From Alphaproteobacteria bacterium (GTDB taxonomy: Bacteria; Pseudomonadota; Alphaproteobacteria; SHVV01): DNA of 64,000 nucleotides. Numbering within the stretch: the stretch's first letter is position 1; every line of letters starts with the position of its first letter. The notes under the pieces were generated by a model. The model was not told the DNA's origin, did not search any database, and was given only the letters and a program-made list of their open reading frames with translations. Positions 1-10,464 of this stretch are shown here, piece after piece. The position numbers were made by a program, and so were the translations under genes. The stretch covers positions 3,584,001 to 3,648,000 of the forward strand of contig OZ253470.1 of NCBI GenBank assembly GCA_965261735.1, read 5' to 3'.

Positions 1-1727
1 CCGGTCACCACATCGTCGAGCAGGCATTCGAGTTCCGCCGTCACCCCTGGATCGACCAAGGCCGGATCGGCACGTTCGAGAACCCCGAACAGCGCCAGCC
101 CGCGGTCGGTCGGTACGATGTTCTGTCTCTGGGCCGTCAGGAATCCCTGCTTCTTCAGCCCGCCGATGATTTCCGCCCGCGTTGCCGGCGTGCCGATCCC
201 CTTGGCCTCCTTGAGGCGGCCCCGCAGGGTCTCGTCCTCGACGAAGCGCCAGGCATTCTGCATCGCCTCGATCAGCGTGCCTTCCTTGTAGCGCGGCGGC
301 GGACGGGTCTCCTTGTCCTCGATCTCCAGACCGCGCAACCGTGCGGCTTCCTTGTCGCGGAAGGCGGGCAGGACCTGCGCTGCCTCGCCCTTTTCCTCGG
401 CGGGCCGCCAATCGGGGAAGGCGTCGCGCCATCCAGCTTCAATGGGCTGACGCCCGGCTGCGCGGAACCCGAAGCCGCGAGCATCCAGCGTCACGGTCGT
501 CTGCCGGTAGCGGTAATCGGGCATGACCGATGCGAGGTACGACCGCGCCACGGCGTCGAACAGCTTCTTCTCGTCGCCCGACAGGCGCGGCCAGATCTCG
601 CCCAGATCGCCGATCGTGTTGACGTTGGGGATGACCGCGTGATGGCTAGCGCCTTCGAGCCCCTTATCATGGAAGCTGCCGTTCCGGCCCTCGCGGATCA
701 CCGGTGGCGACGGTACGGAGACGGTGCCGTAGGATCTCCCCGCTTGCAGCCCGGCGACTATCTTCGGTACGTCCCCGATCGCACTCTCCGGCAGGTATCG
801 CACCTCGGCGCGTGGATAGGTCAGGATCTTCTTGCCCGCGCCGTCATAGAGTTCCTGCGCGACCTCCAGGGTCTTGGAGGCCGGCCAGCCGAACCGGGCA
901 CTGCAAAGCTTCTGCAGCGAAGGCAAATCGTGAAGCCTGGGCGGGCGTTGCCGCTTGTCCTCGACCCGCACGCCGAGCGGACCCTCGAAGTCCCGCGCCG
1001 CGGTTACGACCTTTTCTGCGTTCTCGCGCTTGAGGATGCGGTCTTTCGGTGCGTGCCGCATCCGGAACGTGCCGCCTTCGACATGGGCCGCGGCCACGAC
1101 CTCGAAGTAGGGGACCGGCACGAAGTCGCGGATTTCCAGTTCGCGCTTGCACGCGATCGCTAGGGTCGGTGTCTTGACCCGGCCCACACCGATCACGCCG
1201 CGCGCGCCCCGGCCAAGCGTGACGGTCGCGGTGCGGGTCAGCGACAGGTTGTAGATCTGATCGGCCTGCCGGCGCGCCACGGCGGCGGCGTAGAGGCGGG
1301 CATGGTCGCTGTTGGGCCGGGCGCGCCCGAACGCTTCGCGGATGGTCTGCGCGTCCTGCGCGGTGAACAGCACCCGCAAAACCTCGCCGCGATAGCCGCA
1401 ATGCTCGAGGATCTCCTGGCCGATGAGCTGTCCCTCACGGTCACAATCGGTGGCCAGCCAGACGCGTGTGGCGGTGCGCAACGCCGTGCCAATGGCCTTC
1501 AGTTTCGCGGCTTTGTTGCCGCCCGAGGCCGGTTTGGTGCCGTATAGCTCGTCGGGCCTCAGCAATACCGCCGACCAGCGTTTCCAGGCCGGGTTCACGT
1601 CCTCCGGCTCGCACAGATCGAGCAAGTGACCCTCGGCCGGAAGGACGGCGCCATAGCGGGACCCGACGGCGGCGCGGACATCCTTCGCCTGGCTGGATTT
1701 CTCTGTGATGACGATCTGATCGGTCAT
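1..1727 (-). CDS. topB: Type IA DNA topoisomerase III, plasmid/ICE-type; runs off the left edge
   Basis: Not in the ORF track because it is open-ended. Minus-strand translation from ATG at 1727 gives MTDQIVITEKSSQAKDV...PAEGHLL...ATDCDREGQLIG...GRVKTPTLAI...TYPR...GIGTPATRA, which are TOPRIM and type IA motifs. Confidence 0.9.
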   Translation of the reverse strand, partial: MTDQIVITEKSSQAKDVRAAVGSRYGAVLPAEGHLLDLCEPEDVNPAWKRWSAVLLRPDELYGTKPASGGNKAAKLKAIGTALRTATRVWLATDCDREGQLIGQEILEHCGYRGEVLRVLFTAQDAQTIREAFGRARPNSDHARLYAAAVARRQADQIYNLSLTRTATVTLGRGARGVIGVGRVKTPTLAIACKRELEIRDFVPVPYFEVVAAAHVEGGTFRMRHAPKDRILKRENAEKVVTAARDFEGPLGVRVEDKRQRPPRLHDLPSLQKLCSARFGWPASKTLEVAQELYDGAGKKILTYPRAEVRYLPESAIGDVPKIVAGLQAGRSYGTVSVPSPPVIREGRNGSFHDKGLEGASHHAVIPNVNTIGDLGEIWPRLSGDEKKLFDAVARSYLASVMPDYRYRQTTVTLDARGFGFRAAGRQPIEAGWRDAFPDWRPAEEKGEAAQVLPAFRDKEAARLRGLEIEDKETRPPPRYKEGTLIEAMQNAWRFVEDETLRGRLKEAKGIGTPATRAEIIGGLKKQGFLTAQRQNIVPTDRGLALFGVLERADPALVDPGVTAELECLLDDVVT

Positions 1728-1768
1728 GGCAAACCGTCCGGGAGTATTCTGCGCCGACGAGGCTGGAT

Positions 1769-1798
1769 GAACATAAAGTGAACATCCAGACACGGCAA
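1769..1798 (-). promoter_or_regulatory. Sigma70-like promoter (TTGCCG-N17-TATGTT) overlapped by an alphaproteobacterial LexA box GAAC-N7-GAAC
   Basis: GAACATAAAGTGAAC at 1769-1783; -35 at 1798-1793 and -10 at 1775-1770 on the minus strand, about 40 bp upstream of topB. Confidence 0.65.
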
Positions 1799-1844
1799 GC
1801 CGATCATCGTCGGTAATGCCGAACCGGTTCCGAAGGTCCCTCGC

Positions 1845-3683
1845 TCATCCCGCATCGGCCAGGGCGCTGTCGATGGCGGCGAGAAACGGCGTTGCAAACG
1901 CCTTCAGCTTGGCCGCGCCGACGCCGTTGACCTCAGCGAACTCCTCTTCGGTGCGCGGGCGGCGGCGCGCCATGTCGATCAGCGAGCGGTCCGGGAACAC
2001 GATATAGGCCGGCACGCCGCGCGCCCTGGCGAGTTCCAGCCGCAGGGCCTTCAGCACATCCAGCAGCGCCGCCTGACTATCGTTCAGCGGATGTTCCGAT
2101 TGTTTCTTGCGGGTTTCGCGCGGCGCGGCGGACGGCCGTGCAACCACCGTCTCCCCGCGGTAGAGGAATACGCCTTCGCCCCGCAGCAGCGCGCGGCCCT
2201 TGCCGGTGATCGCAAGCCCGCCATAGCCCGCGATGTCGAGCCGCAGGAACCCGGTCGCCACCATCTGGCGGATCAGCGAGCGCCACTCGTTCTTGCCGCG
2301 TGCCGCGCCAACTCCGAAAGTCGGTAGCCGGTGATGGCCGGTCCGCGTGATCTTTTCAGTCTGCGCCCCACACAGGATATCGATCACATGCGCCGCGCCG
2401 AACCGTTCGCCCGAGCGGTGGACTGCCGACAGGATCTTTTGCGCATCTTCGGTCCCGTCGGCACGCTCGGCCGGGTCGAGACAGGCATCGCAATTGCCGC
2501 AGGCCTCGATTTCCTCTCCGAAGTAATCCAGCAGGGCCACCCGCCGGCAGGCCGGCGCCTCGCAATACCCGAGCAAGGCGTCGAGCCGTTTGTGCTCGCG
2601 GCGCTTGCGCTCAATGCCCGCATCCTCGTCCTCGATGAACACCCGGCGCATGCGGATGTCGGCCAGGCCATAGACCATATGGGCTTCCGCGGGTGCACCG
2701 TCGCGTCCCGCCCGGCCGATCTCCTGGTAATAGGCCTCGATGTTGCCGGGTAGGTCGGTGTGAAAGACATAACGCACGTCCGCCTTGTCGATCCCCATGC
2801 CGAAGGCGATGGTGGCGACGATGACCACCCCCGGATCGGTCATGAAGATATTCTGGTGCGCCTCCCGTTCCTCCTTCTCCATGCCCGCGTGATAGGGAAG
2901 CGCCCGTATACCGTCCGCCGTCAGCAGGGCGGCGGTTTCTTCCGTCTTCTTGCGCGACAGGCAATAGACGATGCCGCTCTCGCCTTCATGGCGTGCAATA
3001 AAGTCCCGCAACTGGCGCTTCCAGTCGCGTTTCATCTCCACCGACAGCTTGATGTTCGGACGGTCGAAGCCGAGGACGAAGGACTCCACCGAGCCCCCGA
3101 ACAGCCGCTCTGCGATGTCCTCGCGGGTCACTTCATCGGCGGTCGCCGTCAGCGCGGCGATTGGAACCCCGGGGAACAGATCCCGCAATCTGCACAGGTC
3201 TTCGTATTCCGGCCTGAAGGCCGGTCCCCATTGCGAGATGCAATGCGCCTCGTCGATGGCGAACAGCTTCACCGGCAATCGTGCCAGTGAGGCCAGCATC
3301 GGCTCGGTCATCAGACGTTCGGGCGCCATGTAGAGTAGCCGCGTCTCGCCTGCCGCGACCCGGCGCCAGGCGGCTATGTTGTCGGCACGCTCATTTGCGG
3401 AATTGATGCTGTCGGCCGCGACGCCGGCAAGCCGTAGGGCGGCGACCTGGTCCTGCATCAGCGCGACCAGCGGAGACACCACGACAGTGAGCCCATCCGT
3501 GATCAGAGCGGGAATCTGAAAACACAGCGACTTGCCCGATCCCGTTGGCATCACGGTGAGCACGTTGCGTCCGGCCAGGAGCGCCTCGATGGCCGCTTCC
3601 TGGCCCGGGCGGAACCCGTCGAACCCAAATACACCCCTCAGCACTTGGCGTGCGGCGGCTGTCTGCTCCTCCAACGTGCGCAT
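1845..3683 (-). CDS. recQ: ATP-dependent DNA helicase RecQ
   Basis: 612 aa; MPTGSGKS, DEAHCISQWG, ATIAFGMGIDK, YYQEIGRAGRDG, Zn/RQC region CGNCD, C-terminal HRDC domain. Confidence 0.97.
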   Translation of the reverse strand: MRTLEEQTAAARQVLRGVFGFDGFRPGQEAAIEALLAGRNVLTVMPTGSGKSLCFQIPALITDGLTVVVSPLVALMQDQVAALRLAGVAADSINSANERADNIAAWRRVAAGETRLLYMAPERLMTEPMLASLARLPVKLFAIDEAHCISQWGPAFRPEYEDLCRLRDLFPGVPIAALTATADEVTREDIAERLFGGSVESFVLGFDRPNIKLSVEMKRDWKRQLRDFIARHEGESGIVYCLSRKKTEETAALLTADGIRALPYHAGMEKEEREAHQNIFMTDPGVVIVATIAFGMGIDKADVRYVFHTDLPGNIEAYYQEIGRAGRDGAPAEAHMVYGLADIRMRRVFIEDEDAGIERKRREHKRLDALLGYCEAPACRRVALLDYFGEEIEACGNCDACLDPAERADGTEDAQKILSAVHRSGERFGAAHVIDILCGAQTEKITRTGHHRLPTFGVGAARGKNEWRSLIRQMVATGFLRLDIAGYGGLAITGKGRALLRGEGVFLYRGETVVARPSAAPRETRKKQSEHPLNDSQAALLDVLKALRLELARARGVPAYIVFPDRSLIDMARRRPRTEEEFAEVNGVGAAKLKAFATPFLAAIDSALADAG

Positions 3684-3715
3684 CAGTGCCGAAACTGGGA
3701 GATGTTAACCAGAGA

Positions 3716-4000
3716 TCAGGCGCCCGCCACCCTCTTCAACGCGGCCGCCGGTCGGAATTTCAGAACCTTGGAGGCCTTGATCCGGATCGCTTCGCCCGTT
3801 TGCGGATTGCGGCCCTTGCGCGCCGGACGCCTGGTGATGGTAAAGGTGCCGAAGTTGCCGATGGTGTAGCGGCCTTCCTTCTTCGACTTCTTCAGCCCAG
3901 CCTCGACCTCGCCCAAGACCAGGTCGACCGTGCGCTTGGCCTCGGCCTTGCTCATGTTGCCCTTCCTGGCGACATTCTCGATGAATGCGGCTCTGCTCAT
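3716..4000 (-). CDS. HU/IHF-family DNA-binding protein
   Basis: 94 aa; NFGTF...RKGRNPQTGEAIRI motif. Confidence 0.93.
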   Translation of the reverse strand: MSRAAFIENVARKGNMSKAEAKRTVDLVLGEVEAGLKKSKKEGRYTIGNFGTFTITRRPARKGRNPQTGEAIRIKASKVLKFRPAAALKRVAGA

Positions 4001-4230
4001 GATGTGTGGCCTCTGTTGTTCCCCGAACCGAAACAGTCTCCTAAGGCCACTACATATAGTGCCCTTTTACCCATGTGTATACTACAGGCGGCTCCAAAGG
4101 CCCTGTTTTAAAGGACTTCGTTGTGGGCAGGCGTTGAAAGCCATCAATGCGGTGGCTTGAGCGTGTTGCCATTCCGCGCGTATGCAGTTGACGCCGGTCG
4201 TGTGGTACACGCGGGTGCCTCGGCGATCGC

Positions 4231-5664
4231 GGTCGTGTCCCAGGACGTGGTGTAGGAGTTGTTGGAGCCTCTGGTAGCTGTGGGTAGGCGGCTTGCCGTA
4301 GCGACCGCCGAGAGTCTGGCGTAGGCAAGCCGGCTATCCACAGCGGAGGCCATCGCGGTTCCGGTTTAGGGTTGGGCTAGTGCAAACCAACCTGACCCGA
4401 AGGAGAACCACGATGACCCAGGACATGATGACCCTGCGCGCGCTTTTGGAGAAGAGCTCCGATGCCGATCTGCTTTGCGAGATGATCGGCTTCACGGCCG
4501 AGCGGCTGATGGCACTGGAGGTTGAGGGCCTGACCGGCGCCGGGCACGGCGAGCGCTCGGCGGATCGTATCACCCATCGCAACGGCTACCGCGACCGGTC
4601 CTGGGAGACGCGGGCCGGCACGGTCGAGCTGAAGATCCCGAAGCTGAGGAAGGGAAGCTACTTCCCGGGCTTCCTGGAGCCGCGGCGGATGGCCGAGAAG
4701 GCGCTGGCTGCGGTGATCCAGGAGGCCTACATCCAGGGGGTGTCGACCCGCTCGGTTGACGATCTGGTTCAGGCGATGGGGATGTCGGGCGCCTCCAAGA
4801 GCCAGGTCTCCAGGCTGTGCGGCGAGATCGACGATAAGGTCAACGGCTTCCTCGATCGACCGCTGGAGGGCGACTGGCCCTATCTGTGGCTCGACGCCAC
4901 CTACGTGAAGGTGCGCCAGACCGGACGCATCGTCTCGGTCGCGGTGACCGTGGCTGTGGCCGTCAACGACCAAGGCCGCCGCGAGGTCCTGGGCGTGGCG
5001 ATCGGCGCGTCGGAGGCCGAGACCTTCTGGACCGAGTTCCTGCGCTCGCTGGCCCGGCGCGGGCTGCGCGGCGTGAAGCTGGTGATCTCCGACGCCCACA
5101 AGGGCCTGAAGGCCGCCGCGACCCGGATCCTCGGCGCCACATGGCAGCGCTGCCGCGTGCACTTCGCCCGCAACCTGCTGGCCCATGCCGGCCGCCAGGG
5201 CCGGCGCGTCGTCTCCGCCTTCGCCCAGGAGGACGCCGACAGCGCGAAGGTCCAGTGGCGCCAGGTCGCCGACCAGCTCAGGCCCAAGGTGCCCAAGCTG
5301 GCAGTTCTCATGGACGAAGCCGAGCACGACGTCCTCGCCTACATGAGCTTCCCCAGGGAGCACCGCCAGAAATTGCACTCCACAAACCCGATCGAACGGC
5401 TCCATGCCGAGGTCAAGCGTCGCACCAACGTCGTCGGTATCTTTCCCAACGAAGCCGCCATCACACGGCTCGTCGGCGCCATCCTTCTCGAGCAGAACGA
5501 CGAGTGGGCCGTCTCAAGGAGATACATGACGCTGGAATCCATCGCTCCGCTGAGCGATGGTGTCCCCATCACGCTGCCCACCGTGGCAGCCTGAACGTCC
5601 CGGCCCTACCCGCCGGGAGCCGCGTAGAGCGCAACGCTCTTACACCACTCCGCGGGACACGATC
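4231..5664 (+). mobile_element. IS256-family element, type 1, complete (1434 bp; transposase ORF 4380-5594, likely start 4413)
   Basis: TIRs GGTCGTGTCCCAGGACGTGGTGTAGGAG / GATCGTGTCCCGCGGAGTGGTGTAAGAG; 8-bp TSD GCGATCGC; motifs [20 protein letters not shown]. Confidence 0.97.
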
Positions 5665-5773
5665 GCGATCGCATGCGCTGTTGCTCGTGAACTGTTGCAT
5701 AACAGTGGTAATTGGTTGTACCGAAGCCACGCCACGCTGCAGTGAGAGAGGCCGGAAATGAGAGGTTCAGGAA

Positions 5774-6050
5774 ATGGCTATCGATGAAACTGGGCTCACC
5801 AAGGGTCGGGTAAGAAAATTAAACGCGCTTCGGAAATCTGTCGGTGACGACCTCGCCGAAGAAGTTTTCGCAAAGTGGTTGGAGCGCCAATCTGCTTCAC
5901 AAGCCAAAGACAAACTCGATCCCGTGGCGGTGAAGATCGTCGTGGCTCTCGCAGGCCTTGAGAATGACCCGAAATTCAATCTCGGCAATCAGGGTTACAC
6001 ACTGTGCCGCGCCAAAGGCAAGGGCGCGTCGGGCTTCATCGCATACAAGA
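5774..6050 (+). CDS. Small hypothetical protein cut at its 3' end by IS1595 and fused in frame to the transposase
   Basis: First ~93 aa of the 397-aa ORF lie upstream of the IS1595 left TIR; RBS-like AGGA precedes the ATG. Confidence 0.55.
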
Positions 6051-7595
6051 ACGCGATTATCAACTTGACACGTCACGCCTCAATCCCCATATGCAGGGGA
6101 CAGGAGGAAATAATGACGACTTTCTACGATTTTCAGCAGCAGTTTCCCGATGACGAGGCGTGCCTTCACCACATAATGGTGAAGCGTTACGGCGGCACCG
6201 AGATTGACTGCCCGAAGTGCGGGGCGCATGGGAAGTTCTACCGCCTGGCACGTGATCGCGCGTATCTCTGCCAGCACTGCAAACACCACATTTATCCGTG
6301 CGCAGGCACATTCATGCACCGCACGCATCTGCCGCTTCACAAGTGGTTCTACGCCATAGTCCTGTTCACCACATCGCGCCACGGCGTCCCCGCGAAGGAA
6401 CTGGAGCGCCAACTTGACGTGTCCTATCCCACGGCTTGGCGCATGGGCCATTTGATCCGCAAGCACATGGCTAATACTGACGGAGAGTGGCCGCTGGACG
6501 GCGATATTGAAGCCGACGAGACCTATGTTGGTGGCCGTACGACCGGTGGCAAGCGCGGTCGCGGCGCTCTGAACAAGACCGTGGTGTTCGGGATGCTGGA
6601 GCGCGACGGCGACGTGATGGCGAACGTTGTCCCGAACGTTCGAAAGCGGACTTTGCAGGCGTTTATCTCCGAGAACGTCGAGCCGGGTAGCACCGTTCAT
6701 ACTGACGAACTCAAGTCTTACAGCGGATTGGCGACGATTGGGTATACGCACCAGACCGTCAACCACAGCGCGGGCCAGTACGCGCGCAGCTCTAGCCATG
6801 TGAACTCGATTGAGGGCTTTTGGGCGCGGTTGAAGCTGTCGATTCGCGGGACGCACGTTCATGTGTCCGGGAAGCACCTTCAGAAGTATGTGAAGGAGTT
6901 TGAGTATCGCTATAACCGCCGGAAGCGGCCTGGAACGATGTTTGGCGATCTGGTGGCCCGCTTCTAAGCATCCGGTCCAAGAGCGCATCGAAGCGTTGCC
7001 ATGCGATCTCGGGCGGATAGGCATTGTCTTTATTCACCGCCCGCCTCCGATTGCATCTTTCCCCATAGGCGCCGAGCGCCGCGTATGTTCCGAACTCTCG
7101 CTTCAGCACCAAGGCGGACGAGAAATCTGTGCCAGCCCGCAGTGATCCCCTTCCCTGTCACAGGTGGATGGGGAATACGTAATCCGTCTAAAGCTCTCGC
7201 TAGTTTGCGAACGTTTTCCTCATCACGCCCTTCTATTTCTACCTGCCCAATTCGGCCGGGGTTCACATACCATTCAAGACTGACCCGCACGCTGGTGAAT
7301 TCATCGGTCATACCTCCCAAGCGATTGGATGGGCGGAAAAGCTGGTGCAGATGCCAGCTCATATAAATGAACGCCACACTGAACATGGCAGTGAAGGCGG
7401 CATATTCCGGTGTGCTCAACTCCTTCAAGCCTCCGCCCCAAATCCATGAGACGACGCTCCATACGAGACCTCCGAAGAACAACAACCAGCCCAGAAGCCG
7501 CACCACGTACAGGGCCTTGCCCAGGAGAATCTTGCTCTGGTCCATGCCCGAAGCGTACTCGCCCGCCGTGACGTGTCAAGTTGATAATCGCGTTC
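6049..7595 (+). mobile_element. IS1595-family element (ISNwi1-like ends) with transposase (~6113-6967) and a convergent passenger gene
   Basis: Perfect TIR GAACGCGATTATCAACTTGACACGTCACG at both ends; CPKC...CQHC Zn ribbon, EADETY, HTDE, NSIEGFW, EFEYRYN. Confidence 0.92.
7030..7545 (-). CDS. Predicted two-TM membrane protein, passenger of the IS1595
   Basis: 171 aa with two hydrophobic stretches; lies wholly inside the TIRs. Confidence 0.6.
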   Translation of the reverse strand: MDQSKILLGKALYVVRLLGWLLFFGGLVWSVVSWIWGGGLKELSTPEYAAFTAMFSVAFIYMSWHLHQLFRPSNRLGGMTDEFTSVRVSLEWYVNPGRIGQVEIEGRDEENVRKLARALDGLRIPHPPVTGKGITAGWHRFLVRLGAEARVRNIRGARRLWGKMQSEAGGE

Positions 7596-7606
7596 GCAAT
7601 TGGGAT

Positions 7607-7936
7607 GCTGGCCGGTTCTATGATTCGCTTCTCGGGGATATCGGAGCGAAGCGGACAAGGGAAGCAGAAACTTTCATCCGGTGGGAGGCCCCATCGGGTG
7701 AAACGACATTCTGCGTAGCCAAGCCCTATGATGGAGACTCGGCTACTGTAGGCAACGGCACAATGATTGCGCTCAAAGTCGAAAGCGAAGAGCAGGTGAA
7801 TGCACTACATGCCAAGGCTCTTGAGCTCGGGGGGAAGGACGAGGGGGCACCCGGCCCGCGTGGCACTAGCGGATTCTACGGCGGGTATTTCAGGGACCTG
7901 GATGGAAACAAGCTGGCTTTCTACATCATGAAATAG
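7607..7936 (+). pseudogene. 5'-truncated VOC/glyoxalase gene, duplicate of 52760-53131
   Basis: AGRFYDSLLG...YGGYFRDLDGNKLAF nearly identical to the intact copy; N-terminus missing. Confidence 0.85.
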
Positions 7937-7984
7937 GGGTTGTGGGAGACCTCGCTCGGTGGCTCAAACCGTTTTTCTCTGACA

Positions 7985-8235
7985 ACGCCGCTGCTGCCGC
8001 TACTGATCGAAGCGGTCCCGGGGAAAAGAGAACACGAAAACCAGCGGCTCCGCGCCGGTGCGCCGGAAGGCGTGCCGGGCCGTGGGCGGGATATAGACCG
8101 CGCACGGCCCGACCGTCGTTGTCGGCCGTCGATCTCCATCTGCCCGCGACCGTTGACGATGCAATAGGTCTCCTCGGGCTCGTGGTGATGAAGCAGGAGC
8201 CGTGCTTCAGGCGGGATTTCCGCGCACAAAGAACT
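7985..8235 (-). pseudogene. Degraded cupin-domain gene
   Basis: LHHHEPEETYCIVNGRGQMEIDG cupin motif 1; frameshifted; a more degraded copy lies at ~52540-52710. Confidence 0.6.
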
Positions 8236-8238
8236 GGG

Positions 8239-10071
8239 CGTCTTATCTGGTCGCCAGTCAGACGCCCGGCATGTCCGCCGTGCAGTTTCAGCGGCAACTT
8301 GGTCTTTCGCGCTACGAGACGGCCTTTCAAATTCTCCACAAGCTCCGCTCGGGCATGGTGCGGCCCAACCAAGACAGGATCGGTGGACAGCCCAAGAACC
8401 ATGTTGAGGTGGACGAAACCTGGGTTGGCGGGCGAACGCGTGGGGAAGGCCGTGGTGTTCACCACAAGGTTCCCGTCTCCTGTGCCATCGAGGTGCGTCA
8501 TCGAAAGCCGGGCACCAAGCTCGACAACCGGAAAGACGGACGCTATGCCGGACGCGTTCGGCTCGCCGTCGTGCTCGACCGTAGCGCCGAGTCGCTCTGT
8601 GGGTTCGTCGAGAGCACCGTCGCGCCGCGATCGCTGATCGTTACTGACGATTGGAGCGGCTATGCTTGCCTATCCGGTTAACGCCCATGACCGCTACATG
8701 TAGGGTGCCGCCACTCTCCCGAGTAAAGCTCGGCATAGGTTGGAGCAGAGGTGTCGCCCGCGATGCCGAGCAATGAGCGGAAGGCGTTGAACGGGTAGAA
8801 CCGCCTGTTGAAGCGGAAGGTGAACTCGTTGAGGTAGGCTTGTAGGTGCTGGTGGCTAACGCCGTGGGTGGATACCGATCAGCCACGTCTTCAGGTTGGC
8901 GAAAACCAGATGGATGATCGGCAGGTATTGCTCGGCAACCTCTGGATCACCACACTCGGCAACAGCGAAGTGCTCATAGCCGCGCTTACCGAGGCCAGCA
9001 TAGCCGCTCCAATCGTCAGTAACGGTCAGCGATCGCGGCGCGACGGTGCTCTCGACGAACCCACAGAGCGACTCGGCGCTACGGTCGAGCACGACGGCGA
9101 GCCGAACGCGTCCGGCATAGCGTCCGTCTTTCCGGTTGTCGAGCTTGGTGCCCGGCTTTCGATGACGCACCTCGATGGCACAGGAGACGGGAACCTTGTG
9201 GTGAACACCACGGCCTTCCCCACGCGTTCGCCCGCCAACCCAGGTTTCGTCCACCTCAACATGGTTCTTGGGCTGTCCACCGATCCTGTCTTGGTTGGGC
9301 CGCACCATGCCCGAGCGGAGCTTGTGGAGAATTTGAAAGGCCGTCTCGTAGCGCGAAAGACCAAGTTGCCGCTGAAACTGCACGGCGGACATGCCGGGCG
9401 TCTGACTGGCGACCAGATAAGCGGCCCAGAACCAGACGTTCAGCGGAGTGTGGCTACGCTCCATCACTGTTCCCACCGTCAGCCCGGTGTTCTGGCGGCA
9501 CTTGCGGCAGCGCAGGACGCCAGGGCGGTTTTCAAAGTGGAACGGCTCTCCCGCCGTGCCGCAGTGCGGGCAGGCAAAGCCGTCTCCCCAGCGGGCTTTC
9601 TCCAGGTAGGCGGCGCAGGCCGCATCATCGGGGAAAAGTCGCTGGAACTCGGGTAGCGAATGCGGGAATGGGAGATCGGCGCGGTCGAGAACATCCATGG
9701 CGCGCTCCCCTATATCCGGGTTGAGGCAAGCGGCTATGCTGGCCTCGGTAAGCGCGGCTATGAGCACTTCGCTGTTGCCGAGTGTGGTGATCCAGAGGTT
9801 GCCGAGCAATACCTGCCGATCATCCATCTGGTTTTCGCCAACCTGAAGACGTGGCTGATCGGTATCCACCACGGCGTTAGCCACCAGCACCTACAAGCCT
9901 ACCTCAACGAGTTCACCTTCCGCTTCAACAGGCGGTTCTACCCGTTCAACGCCTTCCGCTCATTGCTCGGCATCGCGGGCGACACCTCTGCTCCAACCTA
10001 TGCCGAGCTTTACTCGGGAGAGTGGCGGCACCCTACATGTAGCGGTCATGGGCGTTAACCGGATAGGCAAG
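8239..10071 (+). mobile_element. 5'-truncated IS1595 (ISSod11 group) interrupted by an inverted copy of itself
   Basis: Sequence identical to the multicopy element; right TIR CCGGATAGGCAAG ends at 10071. Confidence 0.9.
8665..9730 (-). mobile_element. IS1595 (ISSod11 group) nested copy, frameshifted, with a deletion inside its left end
   Basis: TSD CGGCTATG at 8657-8664 and 9731-9738; ends CTTGCCTATCC / AGGCAAG. Confidence 0.92.
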
Positions 10072-10464
10072 GAATGGACTTATGGGTCTAGAAGTCGCTT
10101 GAAAGGAGCTACCCATGGCCAAGAAGCTGGACGTAGTGATCCCGCCGACAGACAAAACGGCGGAGGAAGTCGCAAAGGCGCTGTTCAAGCTCTCTCCGAG
10201 AGCGACCAAGCCATACAAAGCCACGGCGGCCTCGGCCTCACCTGATCGAGACGAAAGGGGCCGCCCCCGTTCAGAATCGTAGGGGAGCGCGCTAGCCGCT
10301 TCGGTTTGGCCTGTGACCACCCGCAGCGGTGGCCACGCCTTCTCCAACGCCTTCCGCCAAGCCGTTCGCTGCATCGCAGCCAGCCTGGGGATCGGGCTCG
10401 TTCCTGGCCTGCTCCATACCGGCCTTGGCGATGATGCGGAGCGCCTTGGCTTCACGGGGCACGC

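Noticed and set aside
1817-1832. GCCGAACCGGTTCC as another IS1111 target
   Set aside because: An extra C disrupts the core spacing, and the site is unoccupied.
4231-4412. IS256 leader RNA acting as a targeting guide
   Set aside because: The IS256 flanks in the window share no consensus, and I saw no convincing match to the leader.
4377-5761. Long antisense and alternate-frame ORFs recurring in IS copies and GC-rich genes
   Set aside because: Shadow ORFs of GC-rich coding sequence; they recur only because the IS DNA is repeated.
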